Part shown: piece after piece, positions 45,738 to 59,146 of the stretch | How the letters are laid out: each line of letters opens with the position of its first letter | Numbering within the stretch: position 1 is the first letter of the stretch | Assembly: GCA_001661245.1 (NCBI GenBank) | Contig: KV454015.1 | Span: 62,001-125,395 of the forward strand | Length of the DNA stretch: 63,395 nucleotides | Direction: 5' to 3' | From: Pachysolen tannophilus NRRL Y-2460 | Taxonomy: Eukaryota | The notes under the pieces: model-generated | The model's database searches: none | Seen by the model: only the letters and a program-made list of their open reading frames with translations | What the model was told of the DNA's origin: nothing | Program-made: the position numbers and the translations under genes

Positions 45738-47978
45738 ATGAGTGATGATTCCAAACAACTGACTCTAACGGCGTTACCTAGTGGAAATGTTGAGAATTCA
45801 GCTGTAGGAGTTGGTGGTAATAGTGATAAGAGTGGTATTGGCGGTAGTGATGGTAGTGGTGATAGTAGTAGCGGTAATGATGGTAATGGAGGTAATAATG
45901 AAGGCGATTCATCTACTACGGATATTTCATCTTTTGAGAAAGCGGTACAATTTTGGTCAACAATTGATTTACCATCATTACAGAAAAGTTTAGATGCACA
46001 AGGTATTGAGATTCAAGATTTCCAAAAAAATTCTTTAATAAGTAGGAAAGAATTGGCAACAAAGACAAAGACTTTTAAAAAATTGGAAGATCAAGAAAAA
46101 TTAAAAGAAATTAAACTGTTATTAAAAGATTATCAAAATGAAATTGATAATTTAACTAAAAAAAATAAAAGTATTGAAACTATTTTTTTCACTGTTTATA
46201 GAGCTATTGTTGAAGCTCCAGATCCAAAACCTTTATTAGAAATTTCATTAAATTCAATTAATGATTTATCTCAATTGGAATTTTTGAAAAAAGAAAATAC
46301 AGAATTGAAAAATAAATTATTAAATTGTGCTGATTATGATCAATTAAAATCAAGTTTACTGAAAACAGAACGTAATTTACAAAAATTAATGGATACTAAG
46401 GTTAAGGCAAAAGAATCTGAAATGCAAGCATTAATTGATGAAAAGACAAGAAATTGGAAAAGTAAAGAATCTGAATATCAAGAAAGTTTACAAAATGCAA
46501 ATAAGGAAATTGAAGAATTGAAAATAGCTCAACAAGTTATACAGTTGAAACTTAATTCACAATCAGATGCATTAAATGAAGAAAATGTAGAACTAACAAA
46601 TAAAGCAACAAATTTAATTGAATTGGAAATGTTAACAAGAGATGCAGAATCTGCAAAATCAAGGGTTTTACAATTAGAAAAAAGAAATGAAGAATTAAGA
46701 TATGAGTTGAGTACTTCTAATTCCGAAGTTGAAAAAGAAAAAATTAAGAAATTAAGTGATAGTAAGATTTCAGAATTGGAAAGTGAAAATGCGTTATTAG
46801 TAGCAAGATTAGAACATGAAAGAAATAATGTTAAAAATTTGAAAACTGAAAAAACAAAGAAAATTGAATCATTAACAAGAGAAATAACACAGTTAAATCA
46901 AGAAGTTACTAGGTTGAGAGAAAGAGTTGCTGCAGTTTCAGACTATGATGAATTGAAAAAAGAATTGGATGTCTTGAAAGAAATAGAATTTGGTGAATTA
47001 AGCGATACAAACGACAATGAAGAAAATATAGAAAATAATCAAAGTAATAATAAGTTGGATTCGATTATGATCCAGAGAAATAGGAAATTAAACAACGAAA
47101 TCGTTGAATATAGATCAAAACATGAAGAATTATTGGCAAAGTATAAAGAACTTGAATCAAAATGTCATAAATCAACAATGGAAATAAAAAATTTGCAAGA
47201 ATTGAACTCAAGATTAGAAAACGATTTAATGAATTTACAAGGAGTTCCTTCAAATAATGGTTGGGATTCATTAAGTATGGTTTCTGGTATTTCAAAATTA
47301 CCAACAACTTCATCTTCTAGAAATGGAAAAATTTCACCAGCTACATCTATAGCTGGTAGTATAGTTGACGGACAATCATCTAATCAACAGGAATCTTCGA
47401 TCTTACCAATTATAACACAGCAAAGAGATAGATTTAGATCAAGAAATAAAGAATTAGAAGATGAATCCAAAAAACAATTTAGTAAAATTGTTGAATTGAA
47501 AAGAGATCTTAATAATTTGAAGAACGATAATAAGGAATTATACGAACGTATAAGATATCTATCGTCATATTCCCAGACAAACCAACAACCCAAATTAAGA
47601 TCGAGCAATATTGGCTATGATCCAGAAGCACGTTATAAAGATTCATATGAAAGAGAATTACATCCAATAGAGCAATTTAGAATAAAAGAAAGTCAAAGAA
47701 TATCATCGAATATCAATCCGTTCGAAAGAATTTATATCAGCATAATTAGAACTGTGCTATCAACAAAGCTTTCAAGGTACTTATTTGCAGCTTATTGTCT
47801 TGGATTGCACTGTGTCATTATGATCATGTTTGTTTATTCGATGGATATGCACATGAATGTTGTTGCTGATGTGAGTGAAGGTGGGAGTACTGGTGGTGTA
47901 ACAGATGGCGGTGCTGTCAAGGCCATCGTGAATAGTCATGGAGACACTGTAGGAAATTTTGTTCCCGATAACCAATAA
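45738..47978 (+). CDS. COY1: Golgin CASP/Coy1
   Basis: LLKDYQNEIDNLT, EAPDPKPLL, SILPIITQQRDRFR, DN.ELYERIRYL and a C-terminal TM YCLGLH. Confidence 0.94.
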   Translation: MSDDSKQLTLTALPSGNVENSAVGVGGNSDKSGIGGSDGSGDSSSGNDGNGGNNEGDSSTTDISSFEKAVQFWSTIDLPSLQKSLDAQGIEIQDFQKNSLISRKELATKTKTFKKLEDQEKLKEIKLLLKDYQNEIDNLTKKNKSIETIFFTVYRAIVEAPDPKPLLEISLNSINDLSQLEFLKKENTELKNKLLNCADYDQLKSSLLKTERNLQKLMDTKVKAKESEMQALIDEKTRNWKSKESEYQESLQNANKEIEELKIAQQVIQLKLNSQSDALNEENVELTNKATNLIELEMLTRDAESAKSRVLQLEKRNEELRYELSTSNSEVEKEKIKKLSDSKISELESENALLVARLEHERNNVKNLKTEKTKKIESLTREITQLNQEVTRLRERVAAVSDYDELKKELDVLKEIEFGELSDTNDNEENIENNQSNNKLDSIMIQRNRKLNNEIVEYRSKHEELLAKYKELESKCHKSTMEIKNLQELNSRLENDLMNLQGVPSNNGWDSLSMVSGISKLPTTSSSRNGKISPATSIAGSIVDGQSSNQQESSILPIITQQRDRFRSRNKELEDESKKQFSKIVELKRDLNNLKNDNKELYERIRYLSSYSQTNQQPKLRSSNIGYDPEARYKDSYERELHPIEQFRIKESQRISSNINPFERIYISIIRTVLSTKLSRYLFAAYCLGLHCVIMIMFVYSMDMHMNVVADVSEGGSTGGVTDGGAVKAIVNSHGDTVGNFVPDNQ

Positions 47979-48201
47979 CAACCAATAAGAGTGAAAACAT
48001 AAAACTGTTGTATAGGCTGAATATATATATATATATATATATATATCTTATTTAGATGAAGTATCAGTTATTATAGTTTTAATAATTGAAAAGTAGTGCA
48101 GTTATTTTTTATCTTTTTAAAAAAGATAATAAATAAATATAGGGTTATAGTGATAGAATAGACTAATAATATTCTTTTAATATAGAACGTTTAGGGTAAT
48201 A

Positions 48202-49161
48202 ATGACTGGAACTGAATCTGAAAAATCCACATCTAGTGTTGAACTTCGAGATGATCAAGATGAAGGTATTCCAGAGCCATCTATATTGAAATCATATAAT
48301 AGCGGTAATTCTGCTCATCTGGTGAAACAAGATTTATTAGATGATCAAGAGATTGATCCTGGATTATTAGAAGAAGAAGAAGAGGAAGTAGAGAAAAATA
48401 ATGGCAACCCAAATTTTTTACATTTGAATAATAATCTTGATCAGTTAAATATTACATCTTCAGCAGGTGGGTATTCGAATTCCAGTTCAAAAACTGATGA
48501 ATATACACATGGGGGTGATGAAGATAGAGATGATGAAGAAGAAGATGAAGATGAAGATGAGGATAGATATGATTACGATTATGATGATGACACCGATCAA
48601 CCACCGCCACAGAAACTACGGCCTGTTGACCAAATATCTACTGTTAAACCAGTGGTGAATTATCAGGATAAATTATGGACTCAAATTGATATATTGGATG
48701 ATGTTAAGCAAATGTCTTTAGAAGTTAGTAAAAATGGTTCATTTTTCGATTCTAATCATTCTGAATCTTTACGAAACTTGAAGAACTCTCAACTTAAATT
48801 GCTACTGAACATGATCAAGGCTGAAAAATTGATGGATAGCGAAGAATATCACAAGATATGGAATGTAAAATCTAATTTGAGAGATGATAATGCAGGTGCC
48901 GCTACAACTCAAGCAACCGGTGCTGGAGACACTAGTCTCAATAGCGGTATTGACGACAATAGAGACTTGCGCTTTAGCAAAGATCAGGATGATTTAGAAC
49001 AACTAAAGGAAAACTTATTTAACAGAGAACATTTCAGGAAAATTGGTGATTCAATAACAAGTATAAAACTGGATTTAGAAAATGTGAAATATTCTATCAA
49101 GAAAGTAGATGAAACAACAAAAGACATGTGGGATAATAATGATTTCTCATACCAGACTTGA
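48202..49161 (+). CDS. Acidic protein of unknown function, Ybr197c/Ypl077c (DUF5315)-like
   Basis: YQDKLWTQIDILDDVK..S......SFF...H...L..LK..Q motif. Immediately upstream of PGI1 in the same orientation, like YBR197C. Confidence 0.6.
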   Translation: MTGTESEKSTSSVELRDDQDEGIPEPSILKSYNSGNSAHLVKQDLLDDQEIDPGLLEEEEEEVEKNNGNPNFLHLNNNLDQLNITSSAGGYSNSSSKTDEYTHGGDEDRDDEEEDEDEDEDRYDYDYDDDTDQPPPQKLRPVDQISTVKPVVNYQDKLWTQIDILDDVKQMSLEVSKNGSFFDSNHSESLRNLKNSQLKLLLNMIKAEKLMDSEEYHKIWNVKSNLRDDNAGAATTQATGAGDTSLNSGIDDNRDLRFSKDQDDLEQLKENLFNREHFRKIGDSITSIKLDLENVKYSIKKVDETTKDMWDNNDFSYQT

Positions 49162-49224
49162 TGAGACTACAATTATATGTATCATGTTTCCTATATAGAT
49201 GAATAAATCTAGTAAAAGTAATAT

Positions 49225-49265
<41 letters not shown>

Positions 49266-49272
49266 CCGTTGT

Positions 49273-49706
49273 NNNNNNNNNNNNNNNNNNNNNNNNNNNN
49301 NNNNNNNNNNNNNNNNNNNNNNNNNNNNNNNNNNNNNNNNNNNNNNNNNNNNNNNNNNNNNNNNNNNNNNNNNNNNNNNNNNNNNNNNNNNNNNNNNNNN
49401 NNNNNNNNNNNNNNNNNNNNNNNNNNNNNNNNNNNNNNNNNNNNNNNNNNNNNNNNNNNNNNNNNNNNNNNNNNNNNNNNNNNNNNNNNNNNNNNNNNNN
49501 NNNNNNNNNNNNNNNNNNNNNNNNNNNNNNNNNNNNNNNNNNNNNNNNNNNNNNNNNNNNNNNNNNNNNNNNNNNNNNNNNNNNNNNNNNNNNNNNNNNN
49601 NNNNNNNNNNNNNNNNNNNNNNNNNNNNNNNNNNNNNNNNNNNNNNNNNNNNNNNNNNNNNNNNNNNNNNNNNNNNNNNNNNNNNNNNNNNNNNNNNNNN
49701 NNNNNN
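49273..49706. other. Assembly gap (N run), probably spurious
   Basis: Both flanks carry (AT)n followed by TTATCCGTTGT. Confidence 0.95.
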
Positions 49707-49746
<40 letters not shown>

Positions 49747-49829
49747 CCGTTGTGGCTAATGTCAACAAGAGGAAAAGGAATTGGTGACAGACATTATGTT
49801 CTATTTCTTCTCCGTCAAGCCACCGGCGG

Positions 49830-49861
<32 letters not shown>

Positions 49862-49893
49862 GGAGACAAATAGAAAATCCGAAAAAGGAAGAA

Positions 49894-49947
49894 CAGGAAA
49901 AATAGGAAAAATAGGCAAAACAGGATAAACAGGAAAAACAGGAAACG
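49894..49947 (+). repeat. 9-nt tandem repeat (YAGGAAAAA) x6 in the PGI1 upstream region
   Basis: CAGGAAAAA TAGGAAAAA TAGGCAAAA CAGGATAAA CAGGAAAAA CAGGAAACG. Confidence 0.8.
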
Positions 49948-50521
49948 GAGAACTTTTCAAAATCAGGAAAAGTCTCCTTCCGGAAACAAACCGACTTTTT
50001 CCCCCCCCAAGTTCTTTTCCTTTTCCCAGCCATTAAGAAAGAAGAGTCTTTATAAATAGGAAAGAAGAGCTACCGGAAGATTTAAAGAATAAGAATAGTG
50101 GTACCATAGCATAGTATAGAATAGAATATAAAACGGTAGTAATTGTTAATAGTTCTTATTATTATGCTGCTACCTTGTTATCAGCTGGTGTAGGTTTACT
50201 AATTTTTTTTTTTTTTGTCCTTGATGTTCCTTCTGTAATGTTCTGTCATGTTCTGCCATGTGTATAAAATGTGTGGGAGATTGTTTTCCACCAGGAGATG
50301 CACTTTTTCAAAAACTCGTGCTAAGTGAAGAATTCAAAATGAAGTAAGTTAATATATGATAAATGGTGACTTTCTTTTTTTTTTCTCTCTTTCTTTATTT
50401 CTTGCTTGATTTTTGATTTTGTTTTTTAAGAAGTTTTAATATCTTTTTCAATTGAAGTAATTGAAACTTTGATCAATTGAATAAAGTAAGAAAAAAAGAA
50501 AGTAAAAAAGTAAGAAAATAA

Positions 50522-52189
<1,668 letters not shown>

Positions 52190-52495
52190 AGAAACCTATA
52201 TATTTCTATATATATGACTCTTACGTTTTATTGAGTGATGATGTGAATTTGTTTTGTTTTGTTTTGATTTGTTTTGTTTTGTTTTTTTTTTTTTTTTTTT
52301 TGATCTTTTTATCATCTCTTTCCTGATCTTCCATTTTACAACTAGTTTTAGTCTTCTAATTGCCCTAGTTTGACTATTCCTATTCAATATAAATCTCATC
52401 TAATAATTAACCACAAGTTTTGTACCGTTTTATTTTTGTAGTGTATCTTGATTTATGTACGTATAAGTGAAAAGAAAATTGAAAATCTAAATGAG

Positions 52496-52501
52496 ACGCG
52501 T
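52496..52501. promoter_or_regulatory. MCB element (ACGCGT)
   Basis: Exact ACGCGT about 80 bp upstream of a chromatin assembly factor gene. Confidence 0.5.
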
Positions 52502-52581
52502 TTGAATAAAAATACAAACCAAAAACAAAATAAAAACCAAGATATAAATTATTGTATTGATCAGTGAATTGGTAGAGGAAG

Positions 52582-53856
52582 ATGTCGATGGAGTCGGTGG
52601 AAGTAGGAAATAATATTTCTAAAGGGATACTTGAAGATCAAATTGTGATACCAGACGAGGATATAATGGATGAGAGGAATGATCTGGATCATGTTCAACA
52701 GGATGATTTGGTTGAATCTCAACAAACTTCTATTGATCAAGAGAATTATTTTGTATGGAAGAGAAATGCACCTTTTCTATATGATTATTTACAGACTTCT
52801 GCTCTACTTTGGCCTTCATTAACTGTTCAGTTTTTCCCCGATGTTGAGAAACAAGATGACCGTACTCTTGGTTATAGATTGTTAACTGGGACATATACAT
52901 CAGGTTCAATGCCTGAATATTTAACAATAATGCAATTACAAGTGAAAAATCAAATTAATGTTTCTATAGATGATTTTAACGTGGATAAGAAAGAATTTAC
53001 TTCTATGAAGAATTTACCAAATAAAATATCAGATATTCAAAAAATTTCTCATGATCAAGAGATCAATAGAGCAAGGTATAATTGGTCGAATCCAGATATT
53101 ATTGCCACGATTAATGGGTTGGGGAAAGTTTGCATATATGATAGAACAAAACATCCCTCACAACCGTCGATAAATATTAAACCAGAGATAATATTAGATT
53201 ATCATAAAGCAGATGGTTTCGCCATTGGTTGGAATTTTAATGATGAGTTATTAACAGCTGCTTCGAATGGATTGATTTACGTTTACGATTTGAACAAATG
53301 GTCTAAGGATAAGCAAATACTTGAACCTTCAAATGTAGTTGTTGCTCATGATAATGGTGTGAACGATGCTAGTTTTTTGTTCAAAAATAATTCAATATTT
53401 GGTTCTGTGGGAGAAGATAAGCAATACAAGATATGGGATAAGAGAAACTCTACAAGTAATCATATTTTAAGTTATTCCCACGAAACATCACCTATTAATT
53501 CATTAGCTTTTAATCCTGTTAACCAATACCTTTCAGCAATTGGTGATGCTGAGGGAAACATTTTAATTCACGATTTAAGAAATTTTGACAAACCAATACG
53601 CAAAATTGAAAAAGCTCATAGTTCATCAATAACTTGTTTAGAATGGAATTATAATAAACCAACAGTATTGGCATCTGGAAGCGAGGATAACTTGGTTAAA
53701 TTATGGAATGTATCTGAAGAATATGATAACTTGATTTTCGTACATGGTGGTCACTTGTATGGTATCAATGACCTCAGCTGGAACCCAAATGATGACTGGA
53801 TGATATCAAGTGTCAGTAATGATAACTCTTTACACGTTTGGAAACCCTCTTTTTGA
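52582..53856 (+). CDS. MSI1: WD40 histone chaperone of the RbAp48 family (Msi1/Cac3-like)
   Basis: WKRNAPFLYD....L.WPSLT.QF, EINRARY and F.HGGH...INDLSWNP. Adjacent to PGI1, as MSI1 is in S. cerevisiae; HAT2 is not excluded. Confidence 0.75.
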   Translation: MSMESVEVGNNISKGILEDQIVIPDEDIMDERNDLDHVQQDDLVESQQTSIDQENYFVWKRNAPFLYDYLQTSALLWPSLTVQFFPDVEKQDDRTLGYRLLTGTYTSGSMPEYLTIMQLQVKNQINVSIDDFNVDKKEFTSMKNLPNKISDIQKISHDQEINRARYNWSNPDIIATINGLGKVCIYDRTKHPSQPSINIKPEIILDYHKADGFAIGWNFNDELLTAASNGLIYVYDLNKWSKDKQILEPSNVVVAHDNGVNDASFLFKNNSIFGSVGEDKQYKIWDKRNSTSNHILSYSHETSPINSLAFNPVNQYLSAIGDAEGNILIHDLRNFDKPIRKIEKAHSSSITCLEWNYNKPTVLASGSEDNLVKLWNVSEEYDNLIFVHGGHLYGINDLSWNPNDDWMISSVSNDNSLHVWKPSF

Positions 53857-54333
53857 AATCAAAACTGTATAGGTAAAATAAACTATCATCAATTGCAACA
53901 AACATTAAGTCTCTGTTCTACAATTGCTTTTAACTAAATCTTGATCACTGCCATATAACATTCTCCTCTATCGTGGACAACATAGCAGTGGAGTTACTTT
54001 GCTGTAGATTCATCTGATCCATCTGACCCGTCTGATCCATCTGATTCAAATGGAGCAAATGGTCCAAAAACTGACCCATTTTATAGTCATTTCCTAATTT
54101 AGACATTTGTCTTTGTGTACACTACATTTTGTTTTTGTTTACAAAAATCTTTAATGTAAATAAAAGAGATAAATAAATACAAATTTGATTAATATTTTAA
54201 TTTAATTCATAATAATAAAAAAAGATAAAGTACAGGTGAAATAAGGGTAGCGGGATTGAAGGCTAGCAGATATTATTATTGATCCAGATGTCAGTTTAAT
54301 GGAAAAAGAAAAAAGTAAAAAACGGGAAAAATA

Positions 54334-56979
54334 ATGTCACTCAGTCATAGTAGTTACGGAAGTAATAATGTTCCCATATTAGTACGGAATGATCAAAATA
54401 AGTATGATGGCGGTAATGATGAACTTTCTTCTGATGACGATCTGTCATTTAAACCACCAGCGCTTAGTTCATATGCGATGTCTTTATTGAACGAGTTGAA
54501 TAATAAGCAAATATCGAAAGGTGAAGAGCCAGAATCAAAAATAACTAATAACAATAAAAGATATTCATCATTTGCGACAACTACTACAACAAATACAGAA
54601 AACACGCATTTAACTACAATGAGCAATAATAATAATTATACTACTCCATACACTAATGTCAATACAGAGAAATGTGATAAAGAAGAGAATATTGAAGACA
54701 TAATGGATATATCTCCTCTGGCAAAGCAGCAGCATCAAGTTCGTTTTCATGTTGAAACAGAAGAAGAAAATGACAATAAAAACGGTAAATGGGTGGCTGT
54801 CCATAGTAGCAGTAGTGGTGGTGGAGATAGGTTATCGACTCCATTATCACTGAAACATAATAATGTTTTGTTCTCAGAAAGAAATGATGCGGTCAAAAAT
54901 TCATCAAGAGCTAGTAGAAGGTTTGCAAGAGCTAGTCTAGGTGCTCCAAAAAGAGTTTCCAAAAAGGAAAGTGTTGATAATCACATAAACAGTTATTTGA
55001 ATAATCAGAATTTAGAATCTTTAAATCCAGACAAGAATCAAACTTCAGATTTGAATGGGAAAACTTTTATTACACCTATTCGTTCTTCTTCACAGAAAAT
55101 TAGCTGTGTTTCTAATGAATTTTTCAAGAATGATTCTTCTATTTCCACTATGGATAGGCTTAATGAAATAATGTCAGAAATTGGAGAAATTAAAAAGGAA
55201 ATCGAGCTTTCTCTGGAAAGAAATGAAGATTTTCAATTTAGAAAATTAGAACTAGAAAAAAGAAAATCTTTAATAATGCAATATAATGATGGAATAGATG
55301 ATGATTTTGAAAAAGATTTATTAGCACAAATTCAAGAAGAAATAGGCACAATTGAAAGGAAACAATATGAAGAGAACAAAACACTAAAAGATTTAATAAG
55401 AACTGAAATTGAGTTGCAGCAGAAAAAAGAAAAATATTTGTATCAACTTGAATTTGAGCGCAATAATGAAAAAAGTTATGAAAGAGGACAAGAAGAAATA
55501 CATAAATCAAATAATGAAGAAAGAGAGAAATTAAGGGTTCAGAAATTAGAAACACAAGAAGAAATTGCCAAAATCAAATTAGAAAGAGAGAAATTGAAAA
55601 TAGAAAGAAAAGAACTTGAAAGACTACGACTAGAAAAAGAAGAAAAAGAATTAGAATTACAAGAGCAAGTAAAAATACGGCATGAAATATCAAACAAAGA
55701 AAATTTACAAGACGGCTTTCATCATGGAACTCCAGCTATCTCTTCATCAAAAGTAAGATCAGCTTTAGGCCTGGTTTCTCCAAATGAAGAAAATAAAAAG
55801 GATTCAATACTTGAATCATCTACATATAAACCGCCAGTACCTAATAGGTATTTAAATGGTATTAAACCACAATCTTCAGACCAAATCCAAAGGCCTGGAA
55901 TAATAACTTACCAAGAATCACATTATCCACATCATCAAACATCAACATCGAGAAACCCTTTCATAACTGTTAACGGTATAAGTTACGAAAGGTTGGAACT
56001 AATTGGTAGAGGTGGTTCTTCGAAAGTGTACAAGGTCAAATCTTCAAAAAATTCTAAATTGTATGCTGTTAAAAGAGTTACATTCGACCAATTTGATGAA
56101 AGCGCCGTAAGGGGTTTCAAAGGGGAAATAGATTTATTGATGAAATTAAGAGATAAGGAAAGAATTGTAAAATTGAACGACTATTCAATGTGTGAGGGTG
56201 CCCTTTACCTTGTTATGGAATGTGGTGATATTGACTTGGCTCATGTTTTGTCTAACAGGTTAAACATGCCATTGGATATTGAGTTTGTTAAATATCATTC
56301 CAGGGAATTGTTGAGATGTGTAGCGGATGTTCACAATGCAGGGGTAGTTCATTTTGATTTGAAGCCAGCAAATTTTTTATTTGTTAAAGGAATTTTGAAG
56401 ATAATTGATTTTGGCATTGCTAATGTACTTTCTGATCATACAGTTAACATATATAGAGAGTCACAAATCGGAACTCCAAATTATATGTCGCCAGAATCAT
56501 TGTTGGAGGTGAATCATTCTTTATCAGACTTAAATAATGATAAGAATCACAATAATGGTAGCGGTACTTGGAAAGTGGGGAAACCTTCAGATATCTGGTC
56601 TTGTGGTTGTATAATTTATCAAATGATCTATGGTCGTCCTCCATATGCAGGTTATTCTGGAAATCAAAGACTATTGGCTATTATGAATCCACAGGTAAAG
56701 ATTTTGTTCCCAGACACAGGTTTAGGGGGAGTTCAAGTACCTAAGACTGCTATTGAGGCAATAAAAAATTGTCTTCAAAGGGATCCGGCAAAAAGGTGGA
56801 CTATTAATGAAGTACTAAATAGCCAATTTTTGAAACCCAGAGTTGTTTCAAAAGATTTTGTTAAAGATTTGGTTGTCAACGCAATAAATTTTGGTGTGGA
56901 CAATGGTCCGGTTTCAAAAGAATGTTTGAGAAGTTTGACAAATGATGTTTGGAAAAAAATTGAGGAACTTAATTTGTAA
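54334..56979 (+). CDS. MPS1: Spindle checkpoint / SPB kinase Mps1
   Basis: IGRGGSSKVY, DLKPANFL, IIDFGIA, IGTPNYM and SDIWSCGCI. Convergent with ARP2, as in S. cerevisiae. Confidence 0.95.
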   Translation: MSLSHSSYGSNNVPILVRNDQNKYDGGNDELSSDDDLSFKPPALSSYAMSLLNELNNKQISKGEEPESKITNNNKRYSSFATTTTTNTENTHLTTMSNNNNYTTPYTNVNTEKCDKEENIEDIMDISPLAKQQHQVRFHVETEEENDNKNGKWVAVHSSSSGGGDRLSTPLSLKHNNVLFSERNDAVKNSSRASRRFARASLGAPKRVSKKESVDNHINSYLNNQNLESLNPDKNQTSDLNGKTFITPIRSSSQKISCVSNEFFKNDSSISTMDRLNEIMSEIGEIKKEIELSLERNEDFQFRKLELEKRKSLIMQYNDGIDDDFEKDLLAQIQEEIGTIERKQYEENKTLKDLIRTEIELQQKKEKYLYQLEFERNNEKSYERGQEEIHKSNNEEREKLRVQKLETQEEIAKIKLEREKLKIERKELERLRLEKEEKELELQEQVKIRHEISNKENLQDGFHHGTPAISSSKVRSALGLVSPNEENKKDSILESSTYKPPVPNRYLNGIKPQSSDQIQRPGIITYQESHYPHHQTSTSRNPFITVNGISYERLELIGRGGSSKVYKVKSSKNSKLYAVKRVTFDQFDESAVRGFKGEIDLLMKLRDKERIVKLNDYSMCEGALYLVMECGDIDLAHVLSNRLNMPLDIEFVKYHSRELLRCVADVHNAGVVHFDLKPANFLFVKGILKIIDFGIANVLSDHTVNIYRESQIGTPNYMSPESLLEVNHSLSDLNNDKNHNNGSGTWKVGKPSDIWSCGCIIYQMIYGRPPYAGYSGNQRLLAIMNPQVKILFPDTGLGGVQVPKTAIEAIKNCLQRDPAKRWTINEVLNSQFLKPRVVSKDFVKDLVVNAINFGVDNGPVSKECLRSLTNDVWKKIEELNL

Positions 56980-57373
56980 TTACGTATTTGTAAATAGGAC
57001 AATCATTTTCAAAAGACATTTTGAGTTTTGCTTTTTAATTAGAGTAATAAACTTTATTTTTAGCTTAATTTCGATTTTTTAAAATAGTCAATAATAACTT
57101 TTAAAACATATCATTTTTCTTTTTTTTTTTTTTTTTTTTTTTTTCTTTTGCTTCTTGAAAAGTAACTGAAAAATAAAAATAAAAAATGCAATCTGTAAAA
57201 TTCATGGATATTTGAATTTTTTTCTTTTTTTTTTTTTTTTTTTTGTCTGTCTTCTCTTCTCTTTTCTTATTTTTTTTTTTCATTGTACTTATATATGAAA
57301 AACGTTTTTATCTTCATTATCATTGTTAGAGATGTGTCCAGCAATACGTTATCGTAGCATCTATGTCTTCAAT

Positions 57374-58636
57374 TTACCTTGCACCGAGCTTAGATAGAAT
57401 CCTAGGACCTTGTTCTTCCCATTCTTGTTTAGAAATCCACATATGATCTTTATCTGCCATAATATTTGCCAAGACGGCACCACCTATGAAAACCATATGT
57501 CTTCTTCTTGGTGGATCTTCTATTCTAACTTTAAATTTTTCTAATCTTGTAGGATCACCATGTAACACTTTGGTGAACCATAATTGTTTCAATTCTTTTT
57601 CCAATCTAGTTGGCAAACCTGGATACATTGAGGAACCTCCGGACAAGACTATAGATTTAAACAAAGTCGACCTAATATCTACATCTGCTGATTGAATTGT
57701 GTTAAACAAATATTCACCAATTCCAGGCTGTTCAATATCAACTAGGCTTGGTTGAAATAAACATTCTGGAGCTTCAAACCTTTCACTACCAACTTTGATA
57801 ACTCTACCATCAGGTAATTCATAATTACTAACCAAAGTGGTTGTTTCATTGGCCAATTTTAAATCAAAATCCAAATCATAAGAGACATAACATAATTTTT
57901 CTTTCATTTGTCTAATTGTTTCAAAATCTGCAGTTCTATTAAAAGCATAACCACGGCGTAATAATAATTTTATCAAATTTCTTGTAACATCTCTACCTGC
58001 TATATCCAATCTACGGGTAAGATGATTTAAAACCACAGATTCATAAACTGGAACTATATGTGTCACACCATCACCTGAATCAACAACAACACCTGATGAT
58101 AAACCTTGAGCATATAAGGCCAATACAGCTTGTATAGCAACATAAACACCACCAAAATTATATTTTTCAAACATAACATCAACCATTTTTTCTCTATTTT
58201 TTAAAGGATTCATTGGAGGTTCTGTTAATAAAACTTTTCTATCAGTGGTGTCTATTTTCATTCTTTCATAAAAAGCATAATTCCATAAATGTTCCATATC
58301 TTCCCAATTCTTTATAATACCATTCTCCATAGGATATGATATCTGTAACAGAGATCTCACAGCATTTGCCTCATCACCACACATGATATCTTTAATCTCT
58401 ACATCTCCTGTTCTCTCTTCGGCTCTCAATATAGGTCTACCAACTATCGAGGGAAATGTATGATCTGGGAAATTTGTACCCCCACGTCCAATTTTAACAA
58501 AACCAGTACCTTGATCAAGAACTAATCAAAATTAAAAACCCAATTCAAAAAAATTGATATCATTAGTATACACCGTTTCTATTAATTTATATCAAGTATA
58601 TATATATATTAACTTACCTATAGGTTGTTCAGCCAT
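57374..58636 (-). CDS. ARP2: Actin-related protein 2; exon 1 58636-58618, intron 58617-58522, exon 2 58521-57374
   Basis: ATGGCTGAACAACCTATAG|GTAAGT...TACTAAT...TAG|TT gives [18 protein letters not shown]...[14 protein letters not shown]. Confidence 0.97.
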
Positions 58637-59146
58637 TGTTTAAATAAATATTCTTTTCCAATCAATTCAAATAGAACACGAACTCAATATTTCAATCCCA
58701 AAAAAAAAAAGAAAACCACAAACCAATAACCAATTTCACAAAGAAACTCTAATATATCACTCAATTGATGGATTAGATATCAATTTGATCAATTACTTTT
58801 TTAATTTAACCACTTCTCATACCAAGAGAAATAGGTTAAGGCCCAGTTTTGCCTTTTTTATATATAAATTGGCTTAACGAAAAGTTGTTCGAGATACAAC
58901 TAACAAAAACGGAATTGGGCCGACAACACACGACCTCCAAGATTTCCATAAGTTTCAAATGGTGTTTTAAAATGGTGTTTAAATGATTCATTCATAAAAA
59001 AGACATTAGCATAAAAGTAAAAAAAAATGGAAAAAGCAATACATCTATATATATCTATCTATATGATCATATAGGACACTTTTATTTTCTATTTCTGTTG
59101 AGCTGTTGCTCTATTTAGCTGTTGCGCCGTGGAGCTGGTTTTCAAC

